Part shown: in pieces, positions 27,886 through 38,239 of the stretch | How positions within the stretch are numbered: position 1 is the first letter of the stretch | Layout: the number at the start of each line of letters is the position of its first letter | NCBI GenBank assembly: GCA_021821785.1 | Contig: JAKACD010000005.1 | Coordinates: 484-64,483 of the forward strand | Length of the DNA: 64,000 nucleotides | Direction: 5' to 3' | DNA from: Thermoplasmata archaeon | Lineage (GTDB): Archaea; Thermoplasmatota; Thermoplasmata; Lutacidiplasmatales; UBA184 | Made by a program: the position numbers and the translations under genes | The notes under the pieces: generated by a model | Databases searched by the model: none | Seen by the model: only the letters and a program-made list of their open reading frames with translations | What the model was told of the DNA's origin: nothing

Positions 27886-28173
27886 TCGGTCCGGGCTTCC
27901 GCCGCGGATGCCGGCGAGAAATACCTCTGGGCGCACTCGACGAACGTCCCGGCTAGCGCGAGCCGCGGGTCCTCTCAGCCCCGAAGCCGTGATCGAACGC
28001 GGCGCCTCGGCCGCGCGCCCGGAAGCGGCCCCGCCGCGGCCGGGCCTATCTTCCGGGGGCGACGGCACACCCTTTAGTCGGGGCGCCGCCTGGCGCTCCA
28101 TGGCGACGGGGGACGCGGTATCCGGTACGGCCAGCGCAACCCCCGGACGTCCCTTACCGAGGAGGAGAGAACG

Positions 28174-28752
28174 ATGGCCGAGATGGGTCGGTTCGGGCGC
28201 TGGGCGGTGAACGTTCTCACCGAGTCCCGAGCCCGTCGGGTTCTCGCCCAGCTGGGCTCCCACCTGGCGGTCCGGGAAGGGGCCCACGTGCTCGAGTTGG
28301 GGATGGGCGGGGGCGGCCTCGTCGCGCTGATCCAGGAGCGGTACCGACCCGCCCGGCTCGTGGGGACCGATTTCGATCCAGCGCAGGTGTCGGCGACGGA
28401 CGCTCGGCTCCGGCGGCGTTGGGGCACGATTCCGGCCGGGGTCGCGACCCAAGTCGCGGACGCCCTCGCCCTGCCGTTCCCCGACGCCTCGTTCGATTTC
28501 GTGTTCGCGATCGCGATGCTCCACCACGTCGAGGCGCACCACACCGAGTACTCGCAGCGGCCTCGCGCGCTTGCCGAGATTCGTCGGGTGCTCCGCCCGG
28601 GCGGCCGTCTCGTCTATTCCGACCTGTTTCGCCGGGAGGAGATCCGCCGATCGCTCGCCGAGCTGGGCTTCCGGGAGGAGTTCCTCCGCTCGGGATTGCG
28701 CCACGATCTCGCCATTTACCGGGCCCCATCCCCGCCCGTGGCGACCTCCTAG
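28174..28752 (+). CDS. Class I SAM-dependent methyltransferase
   Basis: VLELGMGGG, ADALALPFPDASFDFV, EIRRVLRPGGRL. Confidence 0.9.
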   Translation: MAEMGRFGRWAVNVLTESRARRVLAQLGSHLAVREGAHVLELGMGGGGLVALIQERYRPARLVGTDFDPAQVSATDARLRRRWGTIPAGVATQVADALALPFPDASFDFVFAIAMLHHVEAHHTEYSQRPRALAEIRRVLRPGGRLVYSDLFRREEIRRSLAELGFREEFLRSGLRHDLAIYRAPSPPVATS

Positions 28753-28872
28753 CCACGGTCCGTGTCTGGGTGGGCCGGGGGTGAGGTCGCCTCGCGCCCG
28801 CCGCAGTGCGCCGCTCGCCTTGAGATCGCTTCTCCCGAGCGAGAGGCCGTGCCCCGGTCCTCGCGGCGTGGG

Positions 28873-29844
28873 CTACTCCACCCGAGAGAGGACGGTCAAG
28901 GCCCGGAGCGTGATGATCTTACTCGGGCGGCCGACCGTCTCGAACTGGAGCGGCGTCGGCCGGTCGCGGGGGTGGCTCGCATACCACCGGGCCGTCGCCC
29001 CCTCGACATCGGGATGGACCGCGTCGAGGTTCCATCGGCCGTCCCGACGCCGCTTCTTTCGTAGATGCGAGAGCGCGAACTCGAGTCGGGGATCGTCCCC
29101 GTAGCCGAGCTCCGTGAGGACCTCGAGGCCCACGAGGAGGTCATAGTAGTAGTGCACGGGCCAGTGGAAGCGATACCATGGCTCGTAGCGCGGCCCCTGC
29201 AGATGGAGCTGCTTGCCGAGGTAGAACTCCGCTCCCCGCTCGACGCAGTCCTTCATCGCCGGGCTCCACTTCGAGCGGGGATACGCCCCAAAGGCGCTCA
29301 GCCCCTCCCAGGAGTCGAGCGTCCGCGACGGAGCCGGACCGTCTCCGAAAGCCCAGCAGGTCCAGCCGCCCTTCGGATGGGACGTACGGACGAGCCACTC
29401 GAGGGCCTGGCGGACCCGCGGGTCGTCACCGTAGCCGAAGCGAATGAGCGCCCTCGCCATGTTCCCCGTGTAGCAGTGGTGGCCGTTTCCTTTCGACGAC
29501 CCCCCGACTCCCCCGCCCTTGAGGGGAGAGCGTGCGATCCAGAGTTCGCAGGAGTCGCCCACTTCGGGGATCGCTCGGGTCGCTCCGAGATCCGAGAGGG
29601 CGAGCAGGTTCCAGTTCGCGGAAAGGTACTTGGGTGTGTAGAGGCTTTTTTCGTGGATCCACCAGCCCGCGGCATTCCGGCGGGCGAGGATCTCCGCTGC
29701 CCAGCCGACCAACGGGATCCGCGCCTTGGCCGCGCGGACCTCGGGATCCTGTTCCTTCCGTCCCAGTAGTCGGGTCAGCGTCAGGTAACGAATCGACGGT
29801 TGCTCGGGCCCGAGGAGCCAATCCAGGACCTGCTGAGCCAGCAC
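28873..29844 (-). CDS. Prenyltransferase/squalene-cyclase-like alpha-alpha toroid protein
   Basis: LDWLL...PSIRY, YTPKY, GYGDDPR twice, GGWTC, YYYDLL, DGRW and SKIITLRAL motifs. Confidence 0.7.
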   Translation of the reverse strand: MLAQQVLDWLLGPEQPSIRYLTLTRLLGRKEQDPEVRAAKARIPLVGWAAEILARRNAAGWWIHEKSLYTPKYLSANWNLLALSDLGATRAIPEVGDSCELWIARSPLKGGGVGGSSKGNGHHCYTGNMARALIRFGYGDDPRVRQALEWLVRTSHPKGGWTCWAFGDGPAPSRTLDSWEGLSAFGAYPRSKWSPAMKDCVERGAEFYLGKQLHLQGPRYEPWYRFHWPVHYYYDLLVGLEVLTELGYGDDPRLEFALSHLRKKRRRDGRWNLDAVHPDVEGATARWYASHPRDRPTPLQFETVGRPSKIITLRALTVLSRVE

Positions 29845-30092
29845 GAAGACGGGCAGCGCACGGCCACTTATCAGGCGCCGTGGGGGCGACGAAACACCGG
29901 GCGACCCGCCCCTTCGGCGGGAGCATCTGTGAAATGGGGAGCTCCTCGTGGCCCACGGAGGCCCTCGCCGGACCGCCGGCGGAAGGCCGGAGTTCTCGTC
30001 AGGAACAGGGGACCGGGGGAGACTTCGGCGGACCGGCCAAGAGTCGCGCGGGCCGCGTGCGCCGAGTGGGTCATGGTCCGGTCGCGAAGGTC

Positions 30093-30650
30093 TCAGCGCG
30101 GGCGGTCGTTGGGAACCCACCCCTGTCGGGTCAGGTCCCGGAGCAACTGGGCCGCGGACTCCGCCGGGGCGGGCGAGGTGGTGTCGAGGACGATTTCCGG
30201 AGACTCGGGGACCTCATACGGATCGTCGATCCCGGTCATCTCCTTGAGCTCCCCCGCGCGGGCCCGGCGGTACAGCCCTTTCGCGTCGCGGGACTCGCAG
30301 ACTGCGAGCGGCGTGCTCAGGTAGACCTCCACGAAGCGTCCGATCTCCTGCCGTGCCTTCGCCCGGGATCGTTCGTACGGCGAGATGAGGGCGACAATCG
30401 GGACAACCCCGTGCCGGACCAGCGCCTTCGCGAGGAAGACGACCCGCGCGGCGTGGGCCTCCCGCGACGCCCGATCGAAGCCGAGGTCGGCGCTGAGCCC
30501 GCGCCGGATCTCGTCCCCGTCCAGGAGCTCCGTATCGAGTCCCCGCTCGCGCAAGAGAATCTCGACCTCCCTGGCCAGGGTCGTCTTCCCCGAGGAGGGC
30601 AACCCGGTGAACCAGAGACAGAATCCGGGGCCGGGGCGTGCCGTCGACAC
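30093..30650 (-). CDS. cysC: Adenylyl-sulfate kinase
   Basis: WFTGLPSSGKTT, LLDGDEIR, LISPY, RDAKGLY, TGIDDPYE. Confidence 0.93.
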   Translation of the reverse strand: MSTARPGPGFCLWFTGLPSSGKTTLAREVEILLRERGLDTELLDGDEIRRGLSADLGFDRASREAHAARVVFLAKALVRHGVVPIVALISPYERSRAKARQEIGRFVEVYLSTPLAVCESRDAKGLYRRARAGELKEMTGIDDPYEVPESPEIVLDTTSPAPAESAAQLLRDLTRQGWVPNDRPR

Positions 30651-30859
30651 GACCGTACTGGTGGAAGTCGAGTTAAGACCCTTGCGCGGAGGTTCGCTTC
30701 ACCCTCCCGTTCCGCTCCGCACCGTCCGGAGAAGGAGACGTCGAACCAGATGCTCCGGGACCTGCCGCCGTTCGGCCGACGGAGCGGCTCGCCCAACGAG
30801 AATCTCTGCGCGTATCCTGCGAACGCGCCGCACGAGCCGTCGGGGCGCCGGACCGCGAC

Positions 30860-31453
30860 CTACCGCCGTGACGATCTCGCGACCTCGGAGCGATCCGGGG
30901 TCGGCACCGCCTCCGCGACGTCCCGCTCGAAGAAGCGGGTGCCAGGCACCGGATGGGACCAGTAGGCCGGGATGCCCCGGAACCCCATCTCCTGGTAGTA
31001 GGCGATGGCGGCGATCATCGTCGGGATCGCGTCCACGCGGATCCGCTCGTAGCCGAGCTCGCGGGCCCGGTCAAGGAGCGCCCGGATGAGCTTGGGACCA
31101 AACCCCGGTCCCCGGTGGTCGGGACGCACATAGATCCTCTCGATCTGTCCCACGCGCGGCTCCCACTCACGGAGCACTCCGCACGCTGCCCGCTCGCCGT
31201 CTCGCTCGGCAAGGAGGACATCGCCGCGAGGGGGCCCGTACACCCCGGGCAAATCGGCGATCGCGCGATCTACCATCGCGAGTCCCGGGGGGAGAGACGA
31301 GGTTCCCTCGGAAGAGACGCCGGCGTGCTCGGCCAGCCAATCGCGGTACTCGCGGAAGAACTGCGAGACGCTCTCTCGATCTTTCGCCCAGTTGACTCGT
31401 CGTATCTGGGTCGTGGCGTAGTCGTCGGACTCGGAGCGAACTGGAGCGACCAT
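30860..31453 (-). CDS. GNAT acetyltransferase
   Basis: LPGVYGPPRG, ERIYVRPDHRGPGFG, AIAYYQEMGF. Confidence 0.85.
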   Translation of the reverse strand: MVAPVRSESDDYATTQIRRVNWAKDRESVSQFFREYRDWLAEHAGVSSEGTSSLPPGLAMVDRAIADLPGVYGPPRGDVLLAERDGERAACGVLREWEPRVGQIERIYVRPDHRGPGFGPKLIRALLDRARELGYERIRVDAIPTMIAAIAYYQEMGFRGIPAYWSHPVPGTRFFERDVAEAVPTPDRSEVARSSRR

Positions 31454-31556
31454 CTTCCGAACGGGCCACCCGCGCCGGCGGTCGTAGAAAGCCCCCGGGC
31501 GCTAAGAAGGCTCGGACCGCCGTCTTCTCGCGTGCGCGACCGAGCGTTGGAGGTGC

Positions 31557-32426
31557 TCAATAGGTGGCGATAGTGCCATCGACCTTGGTTCGGCGAAGGG
31601 TCGCATGGAAGAGGAAGAGGCCGAGCGGGACCGAGACGAGCGCATAGACGGCCATCCACAGGAGCGGCGCGGCGTTGCTCGCGACGGATCCCCCCTGGAG
31701 GAGGCCCGATCGGAGGGCGTTGAGCCCGAAGGTGAGCGGCACCGAATAGGCAAGGAACTGCACCGCCCCCGGCAGCACGGAGACGGGGAACAGCACTCCG
31801 GCGAAGAACTGGGTGAAGAGCGTGAAGAACGTGGCGACCGGGTTCCCCTGCTTCGTCCACATGATGAACGCCGCGGCGACCAGTCCGAGGCCGGTGCTCG
31901 AGACCGCCAGTAGGACCGTGGCCAGAACGACGGTCGGTAGGCTGACGGCGAAATGGACCCCGAGCACCCCCCACCCCACGCCGAGGATCACGATCGTCGC
32001 GGTCACGTTCAGCACGATGCCGAAGAGCGACGAGTAGGCCAGGACCGCTCCCGGCGACGTGGGCGAAAGGAAGACGTGCTCGAGCGTCCCCATCATCTGC
32101 TCGTTGCGGATCCGCTGCGCCAGCAACCCTACGAGATTGCTGACGAACCCCTGGTACGCCAGGCCGACCACGAAGAAGGCGACGTAGGAGTCCCCGTCCA
32201 GCGCCGCGATCGAGGAACCCGCGGCACCGAGGAAGACGGCCAAGAGGAAGAACAGGAAGACGGGGACCAGCCATCCCACCAGCGTGAGGGCGACCTGAGC
32301 GCGATAGCTTGACCAGACCAGCCAGCCGCGCAGGTAGGTGAAGAGGTACGCCTTCCGCAGCACATTCCGCCACGCCGGCGAGCTCTCGGACGTGGGGGTC
32401 CCGCGGGCCGGCAGAGCGTTAGCCAA
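31557..32426 (-). CDS. ABC-2 type exporter permease
   Basis: IRNEQMMGTLEHVFLSP, FAGVLFPVSVLP, PLTFGLNALR; TTG start overlapping the ATPase stop. Confidence 0.85.
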   Translation of the reverse strand: MANALPARGTPTSESSPAWRNVLRKAYLFTYLRGWLVWSSYRAQVALTLVGWLVPVFLFFLLAVFLGAAGSSIAALDGDSYVAFFVVGLAYQGFVSNLVGLLAQRIRNEQMMGTLEHVFLSPTSPGAVLAYSSLFGIVLNVTATIVILGVGWGVLGVHFAVSLPTVVLATVLLAVSSTGLGLVAAAFIMWTKQGNPVATFFTLFTQFFAGVLFPVSVLPGAVQFLAYSVPLTFGLNALRSGLLQGGSVASNAAPLLWMAVYALVSVPLGLFLFHATLRRTKVDGTIATY

Positions 32427-33444
32427 GGGACGGCGCCTCCTCCGGCTCCGGGCGACTCGCTTCGACCCGCCGGATGAACTCTTCCTCGAGGACGAACGGC
32501 CGCAGGTCGACCTGCTCGACCGCGAGGCCCTCCCGCCAGAGGTGGTCCAACAGGGCCGGGACGACGCGCCGGACATCCGCGGTCTCGGCCCGGATCGCCA
32601 CGATCCCGGCCCGCTCCTCCACTTCCCACTCCGCGGCGAGAGCGCCGATCGGACCAGAGGACAGCCCGCGAACCGCGGCCCGCGCGACGTCACCGGTTCC
32701 TCGAACGAATACGCGGACGGTGCGCTCCACCGCCGCGCCCGTGGGGGCTCCGATCATCTCGAGCCGACCCCGGTGGATGATCGCGACGCGGTCGGCCAAC
32801 CGCTCGACATCCAACAGGTTGTTCGCGCTGAGCAGGACGGTCTGACCTCGTCCGCGGCATTCCGCGGAGATGGCATGTCGGATCTCCTCGGCCGAGACCG
32901 GGTCGAGGCTCGACGTCGGCTCATCCAGGAAGAGGAGCGGCGTCTGGAGGACGAAGGCCCGGGTGAACTGCAGCTTGCGCTGCATCCCGGTCGAATAGGT
33001 CCGGTAATCCCGGCGCAGGATCTCATCGGTCAGTCCGAGGCTTTCGGCCACGGGAGCCACCCGCGACTCGAGTACCTGCGGGGCGATGTTGTACAGGCTC
33101 GCGAAGAATCGCAGATTCTGCCAGCCGCTCAAGCGGTAGTAGAAGCTCCGCTCGGTGTTGGTGACCAGCGCGATCTGCGCGCGGGTCCACGCTTCGTCCG
33201 ACACCACATCGTGGCCCCGGATGTGGGCGCTGCCCGAGCTCGGGAGCAAGAGCGTCGAGAGGATCTTGAGCAGTGTCGTCTTCCCGGCACCGTTCGGCCC
33301 GATGAGGGCAAAGACCTCACCGGGGGCGACCTCGAAGGAGACTCGGTCGAGCGCCACCGTCGCGGGGCGAGGCGGCCGCCACGGGTAGATCCGATCCCCC
33401 GGGAACTGCTTCGACAGGTCCCTGACCTCGATCGCGGAGGGCAC
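32419..33444 (-). CDS. ABC exporter ATP-binding protein
   Basis: GPNGAGKTT, YSTGMQRK, LFLDEPT. Confidence 0.9.
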   Translation of the reverse strand: MPSAIEVRDLSKQFPGDRIYPWRPPRPATVALDRVSFEVAPGEVFALIGPNGAGKTTLLKILSTLLLPSSGSAHIRGHDVVSDEAWTRAQIALVTNTERSFYYRLSGWQNLRFFASLYNIAPQVLESRVAPVAESLGLTDEILRRDYRTYSTGMQRKLQFTRAFVLQTPLLFLDEPTSSLDPVSAEEIRHAISAECRGRGQTVLLSANNLLDVERLADRVAIIHRGRLEMIGAPTGAAVERTVRVFVRGTGDVARAAVRGLSSGPIGALAAEWEVEERAGIVAIRAETADVRRVVPALLDHLWREGLAVEQVDLRPFVLEEEFIRRVEASRPEPEEAPSLG

Positions 33445-33707
33445 GGCCCCTCAGACCGCGCGGCGGCCTTAGCGCTTGGCGCCGGTCAGTGACCTCACCC
33501 CGGTGCCGGACGGTGCACCCGCCCGGCCGATGGCCGGCCAAGGATGCTTGATGGTCAGACCTACCGCGGGAAGGGACGCGTCGCCTTCGCAAAGCACGCA
33601 CGCCAACGTGGTGGGTTCTACGAAACGGTGACTGCCCTCGACTGCGATCGGTCCACCCGACCGCTCTCGAGGCGGTAACTGGCTCGGCGTCGGCTCGGCG
33701 TACCGGC

Positions 33708-34931
33708 TCAGCGCGAGCCGGAGAGCGGGCGAAGCGCGGGGATGTCGGCTCGCGCGATCCCCCCGTTGACTCGACCCGGCTGGACTCCTGGAGACGCGGA
33801 CTCGACCGACTCCGGTGGGACTACGATGGAGCTGCCCGGTCCAATCCGAAGTATAGTTTCGGGTTCGAGCTGCCGGTTGATGGTGATCTCGTTGACCAGC
33901 ACGAGCATCTCGACCGCCATCACGAGATCCCAGGAGACGCGGCGTCTCCGGACCGTGGTGGTCTCCTCCCGGGGCTGGACCCGGCTGTCCGGATGGTCGC
34001 CCGGGCCGTATTGCTGGGAAAGCCATCGATTGATGTCGTTGAGTGTCGCGTTGGCGTTCCAGACCGATGGGCCGATGTAGGCCTCCATGGTCCGCTTCTG
34101 GAAGGAATCGAAATCGTCCAGCATGTGGCTGAGATCGTCCCCGGCCCTCGGTGGAAGGTCCTTTTCGTTGAGGAGCGCCGTCTCGAGCTCGCGACCCACG
34201 TCGGAGAGGAGGTCCCCGATCACCTCCAGCATCTTTGCGACGACGCGACTCCCGATCTGGAACCGATGGCTCGTGACGCCGATGTCCGTGGCGACCCGGA
34301 AGTCGTCCGAGGCGAGCAGCAGCTGGCGTACCATCAGAAGGTAGAACCGATCGATCTCGTCCTCGACGAGGGGGAGCCGGTCGAGGACGGATGGATCCCG
34401 CCGCTCGAGGGCATGGCGATACATCGTGACCTCCTGCTCGAGCAGCCGGGCGATCCGCTGGACCAGGCGGGGGAACTCGTGCTTCCCCGGGTCGACGGAG
34501 ATCTGGACCTCGATCTGATTGGCGGACTCCTCGACCAGCGTCATGCCGAGAACTCGTTTCACCGTGTCGCTGACCTCGGTGCGCTGGGTGTCGGTGAACG
34601 CCTCGCGGGCCAGGAGCAAGACGCGGTCGTAGCCGGTGACGAAGGCACCCACCAGGAGCCGCGCGAGCAGATTCGGGGCCAGGGCGCGAATGTCGATGCG
34701 GAGCGTCTTCTGCCTCGTCCCGGGGGGCCGCCCCACGTCCGCTACCGAGAGCTCGAGCCGCCCTCCCACGAGTTCCTTGAACTCGAGGACGTCCCCCGGG
34801 TGGATGCTCGCGGAGGCGATCCAGGACTGGGGCAATGTCACCGAGAGCGAAGAGTGCCCGCTCCGTTGGACCCGACGCAGGAAGCGGAGCTCGTCCGTGC
34901 GGTCCACGTCCTCCGTAACCTGCTCGGGCAT
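33708..34931 (-). CDS. AbrB/MazE-domain plus PhoU-domain regulator (archaeal phosphate-uptake-regulator family)
   Basis: RRVQRSGHSSLSVTLPQSW N-terminus; EDEIDRFYLLMVRQL and VAKMLEVIGD PhoU repeat. Confidence 0.85.
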   Translation of the reverse strand: MPEQVTEDVDRTDELRFLRRVQRSGHSSLSVTLPQSWIASASIHPGDVLEFKELVGGRLELSVADVGRPPGTRQKTLRIDIRALAPNLLARLLVGAFVTGYDRVLLLAREAFTDTQRTEVSDTVKRVLGMTLVEESANQIEVQISVDPGKHEFPRLVQRIARLLEQEVTMYRHALERRDPSVLDRLPLVEDEIDRFYLLMVRQLLLASDDFRVATDIGVTSHRFQIGSRVVAKMLEVIGDLLSDVGRELETALLNEKDLPPRAGDDLSHMLDDFDSFQKRTMEAYIGPSVWNANATLNDINRWLSQQYGPGDHPDSRVQPREETTTVRRRRVSWDLVMAVEMLVLVNEITINRQLEPETILRIGPGSSIVVPPESVESASPGVQPGRVNGGIARADIPALRPLSGSR

Positions 34932-35087
34932 CTCCCTTCCTTTGAGCCTACTCCGCCGGCGTTTCTCCCACCGTCTTCCGTGCCCCAAGAGCAGGCATGG
35001 TAAGTATGGATGGTGTAATGCGATTCACCTACCGTTCCCGCCGCGCTACCGGCGATCCTCATTGGCGAGGGCTACCTAAGTGACTGG

Positions 35088-35178
35088 CGACAGTACCGTA
35101 CTGACAGTACTGTCGAAATGTCCGTTTCCTATCGATAGCGAGCTCATTTCGTGCATTCTGAACAGACAGACTAGTCTG
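35088..35178. promoter_or_regulatory. Palindrome cluster in divergent intergenic region (putative operators)
   Basis: CGACAGTAC-N10-GTACTGTCG (35088-35115, containing perfect GACAGTACTGTC) and CAGACTAGTCTG (35167-35178). Confidence 0.55.
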
Positions 35179-35412
35179 ACAAGGCACAACGAATAACTTG
35201 CGTCCCACAGTCTCGAACCCGATGGCCTGTTGGCGGTTGTGCGAGGAGAGACCGGACAGACTGGACTGTCTCAACCGGTCCCTCGGACCAACCGTCCCGA
35301 TCGGGAGTGAGGCACGAAGGCGCCTCTCCCGGGCTCGACCGCCCCTCGGCAAGACCGCAGGGTCGGCCACCGGCAGGCTACACCAGGGCGCAATGTATTC
35401 AGAGGTTTGGTG

Positions 35413-36834
35413 ATGTCGGGCAACGCTGAGGGGACGGATTCGCGGTCTGCGCCATTCTTGGATGACGACATTTCCGAGCGTTTGGCTTGGCTCACGCCGC
35501 GTCGGGTCGCCCTGTTCCTCATCTTCTGGGTAACGATGTTCTTCGCGGGCAGCGTGTTCGTCAACAACCCGTTCGTGGGCGGGCCCGGCAACCCGACGTG
35601 GGAGATAGGGGCGGCCTACTCGAGCTACTACTGGGTCGTGATGTACCTGCACGGCCTGAACACCTGCCTCGTGGGTCTGGCCGCCCTGCTGGCCTGCGAT
35701 CTTCTCGAAATCTCCTCACCGCACGTCCGCAAGGGAGTGCTCATCGGCGTGCTGATCGCCGGTATCCTTTCCCCCATCGGCGCGATCTTCAACACCTCGG
35801 CCCCCTGGAACGCGGGAGCGGGGCTGTGGATCCAGGTGACCGGCTTCCTTGCTCTGGACGAAGTGGTGATCCTCCTGCTCTGGGGGATGGTCGGGGTCTG
35901 GCGCGAGGGCAAGCCGATGAGCCAAACGTTGCCCTTCCTCACCGTGGGCCTTGTCGGCCTCACCATGCTGTTCGCGGCGGTCATCGGGCACCTCGCGGGC
36001 ATCATCCTTGGGTTCGGGAACAATCCGTCGATCATCGGATGGTACGCCACCCAACAGCTCGGCGAGACGATCGACGACTTCGCGTTCGACCTCATCGGAG
36101 CCCACGCCTACCTCATGATGTCCGCCGTCCCGGTAGGGGTGGTCTCGCTGGTCGCCATTCGATTCGGCTACTACCGCCTTCAAGGGTGGGTGAAGAACGT
36201 CGCGCGAGTCGGGTTCGTGATGATGGGTCTCGATCTCGTGCTCCAGTCCGGGATGGCGCTCATGTCGGGGTTCGAGACGTTCCCCGGTGACCTTCCCCCG
36301 TTCGTGGCCTCGATGCCGTGGGTCCCGAGCTTCCTCGCGCTGAACGACCTCATCAACTTCCTCTTCCTGATCCTGGGAGGCATACTCGTACTGTTCACCA
36401 TCGCCATCGGGAACGAGCGGGTTCGGGGTTGGAAGCTGCCGGCGGGGCTGCCCTTGCGGATCTTCCCGCTCCTGATGTTCGTCATGTTCACCGTGGTGAC
36501 GACCATCACCGAACCGTCGGCGACGAGCGCGACCAGTGTCGGGACCCCGGAGCAAGCCTGGATCCGGTTGTTCATCGGCTTCTTCCTGACCATGCTGGCC
36601 GTGCTCGTGATCGTGGGCGCGGAACGGCTGTTCGGGTTCGCCCAGCTTGTTCGCGTCGGCTGGACCTCGCTCGCGGGCGCGGCGCTCGTGTTCACCGGGG
36701 TCGGGATCTACATCCAAGAGGGGGCGTACTTCGGAGGCTACCTCGCCGTCGTCGGGATCGTGCTCGTGGGCCTGTCCTGGTTCCTTACGGGCCAGTACGG
36801 CTTGATCGTGCACCCCCGACCCGCGCACCAATAG
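35413..36834 (+). CDS. Polytopic membrane protein with intramembrane His residues (putative heme/copper redox subunit)
   Basis: About 12-13 TM; YLHGLN, IGHLAG and IGAHAYLM motifs; upstream of a cupredoxin gene. Confidence 0.65.
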   Translation: MSGNAEGTDSRSAPFLDDDISERLAWLTPRRVALFLIFWVTMFFAGSVFVNNPFVGGPGNPTWEIGAAYSSYYWVVMYLHGLNTCLVGLAALLACDLLEISSPHVRKGVLIGVLIAGILSPIGAIFNTSAPWNAGAGLWIQVTGFLALDEVVILLLWGMVGVWREGKPMSQTLPFLTVGLVGLTMLFAAVIGHLAGIILGFGNNPSIIGWYATQQLGETIDDFAFDLIGAHAYLMMSAVPVGVVSLVAIRFGYYRLQGWVKNVARVGFVMMGLDLVLQSGMALMSGFETFPGDLPPFVASMPWVPSFLALNDLINFLFLILGGILVLFTIAIGNERVRGWKLPAGLPLRIFPLLMFVMFTVVTTITEPSATSATSVGTPEQAWIRLFIGFFLTMLAVLVIVGAERLFGFAQLVRVGWTSLAGAALVFTGVGIYIQEGAYFGGYLAVVGIVLVGLSWFLTGQYGLIVHPRPAHQ

Positions 36835-36885
36835 CTCGCCCGAGCGCGGGCCGTCCGCGTACGTAGGGGAACGGAGGTGCGAGCG

Positions 36886-37467
36886 ATGGGCCCAAGGGGA
36901 TGGACCGGGGCGGCCCTAGTGGCAGCACTCGTTCTCGTGGTGGTGGTCACCTCGTCGCTCACCTTGGGCTGGCCGCCGTCGCCGCTGGGCGCGACCGGCG
37001 CCGCGGCGAGCTCACTCCCCCCCGCGACTCCCACCGTGTACCGCAACCTCACCATCTCCTTCGCCCCCTCTGTCGGGGGGTTCTCCTATGCCCCGACAGA
37101 ACTGGAGGTTCCCGCCCACGTGGCCGTGGTCTTTACGATCACGAACGACGACCCTTCTGTCGCTACGGTACCAACTCCATCGGACGCCCAGGTCCGTGGA
37201 ACGACGAACGGGGCGATGGTAGTGACGGAGGGCGGCGTGGCCACCACTCTCACCGCGCTGCCGATCGACCAGATCGCGCACACGTTCACGATCTCGGATT
37301 CGTACTACCAGGCCAACGTCCCGATCCTGGCCGCGGAGAATGGGCCGGTGCAGGTCTCGTTCACGATGGTGTTCGACTTCCCCGGCGCCTTCGCCTGGGG
37401 GTGCGTCGTGCTATGCGACGGAGGCATGCCGGGAACCATGTACGGAAGCCTGACCGTCGTTCCGTAG
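36886..37467 (+). CDS. Membrane-anchored cupredoxin-fold protein (oxidase subunit II / CuA-like)
   Basis: N-terminal anchor, LEVPAHVAVVFTITNDD, AHTFTI, WGCVVLCDGGMPGTMYGSL; SD GGAGGTG at 36873-36879. Confidence 0.75.
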   Translation: MGPRGWTGAALVAALVLVVVVTSSLTLGWPPSPLGATGAAASSLPPATPTVYRNLTISFAPSVGGFSYAPTELEVPAHVAVVFTITNDDPSVATVPTPSDAQVRGTTNGAMVVTEGGVATTLTALPIDQIAHTFTISDSYYQANVPILAAENGPVQVSFTMVFDFPGAFAWGCVVLCDGGMPGTMYGSLTVVP

Positions 37468-37534
37468 GAGTTCGTAGGCTCTCGAGCCCGCCCCGAGCTG
37501 AACCAGCTCGAGCTGCCACTAGGGGGGCCGACGA

Positions 37535-38239
37535 TCAACGGGCGAGTTGGATCAGATCGTTCGCCAGCGGCTCCGGCTTCGTTAGCATCGGCCAATGGCC
37601 GGTCTCAAGGATTGTGTGCGGGCCTACCAGCGCCCCCCATTTGCCGGCAACGATCTCGTCCACCGGGTCTCCGCTCAGCGAGCAGAACACGTACGCTTCC
37701 TTGACCGCGTCGTACTGGCTCGACAGCGTGATCGGGTCCTTGGCCATCCGAATCGGCCAGGGCGTCGCGAGAGCCAGCATCCGGCGGCGGCGGGGTCCTT
37801 GCAGATCCTTCCCGATCGTGTCGATGATCGTCTCGGTGAGCGGGACGCCCAGAGCGCCCTCCGGGACCGGTCCGAACTCCTTGGTCGGGTCAAATCCGGC
37901 CTGCGGTTCTCGCACCCGCTCCGGCCGGAACGAATCCACGTAGATCACCTTCCGCACCTTCGGGTGGGCACGGTCGGCGACGGCGGCAGCGACCTTGCCG
38001 GCGAAGCTGTGCCCGACCAGCACTACCTCTTCCTCGAGTTCGCCGTACCGCATGAGATTCAGGACATCGTGGAACGCGGTTTCCATGCCGACGTCCGGGC
38101 CGGCCAGATGGACCCGTTCTCCCATGCCGGTGAGCGTGACGGGGTACGCCTCATGACCCGCTCTTTCGAGGTGGCGGGCCACGTCCTTCCACGCCCACGC
38201 TCCTAGCCACGCCCCTGGGATCAAGACGAAACGCGTCAT
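37535..38239 (-). CDS. Alpha/beta hydrolase (methylesterase-like)
   Basis: FVLIPGAWLGAWAW, LVGHSFAG nucleophile elbow, TGHWPM. Confidence 0.9.
   Translation of the reverse strand: MTRFVLIPGAWLGAWAWKDVARHLERAGHEAYPVTLTGMGERVHLAGPDVGMETAFHDVLNLMRYGELEEEVVLVGHSFAGKVAAAVADRAHPKVRKVIYVDSFRPERVREPQAGFDPTKEFGPVPEGALGVPLTETIIDTIGKDLQGPRRRRMLALATPWPIRMAKDPITLSSQYDAVKEAYVFCSLSGDPVDEIVAGKWGALVGPHTILETGHWPMLTKPEPLANDLIQLAR

Noticed and set aside
33469-33700. Small precursor peptide upstream of the ABC exporter
   Set aside because: No convincing start or SD and no modifying enzyme nearby
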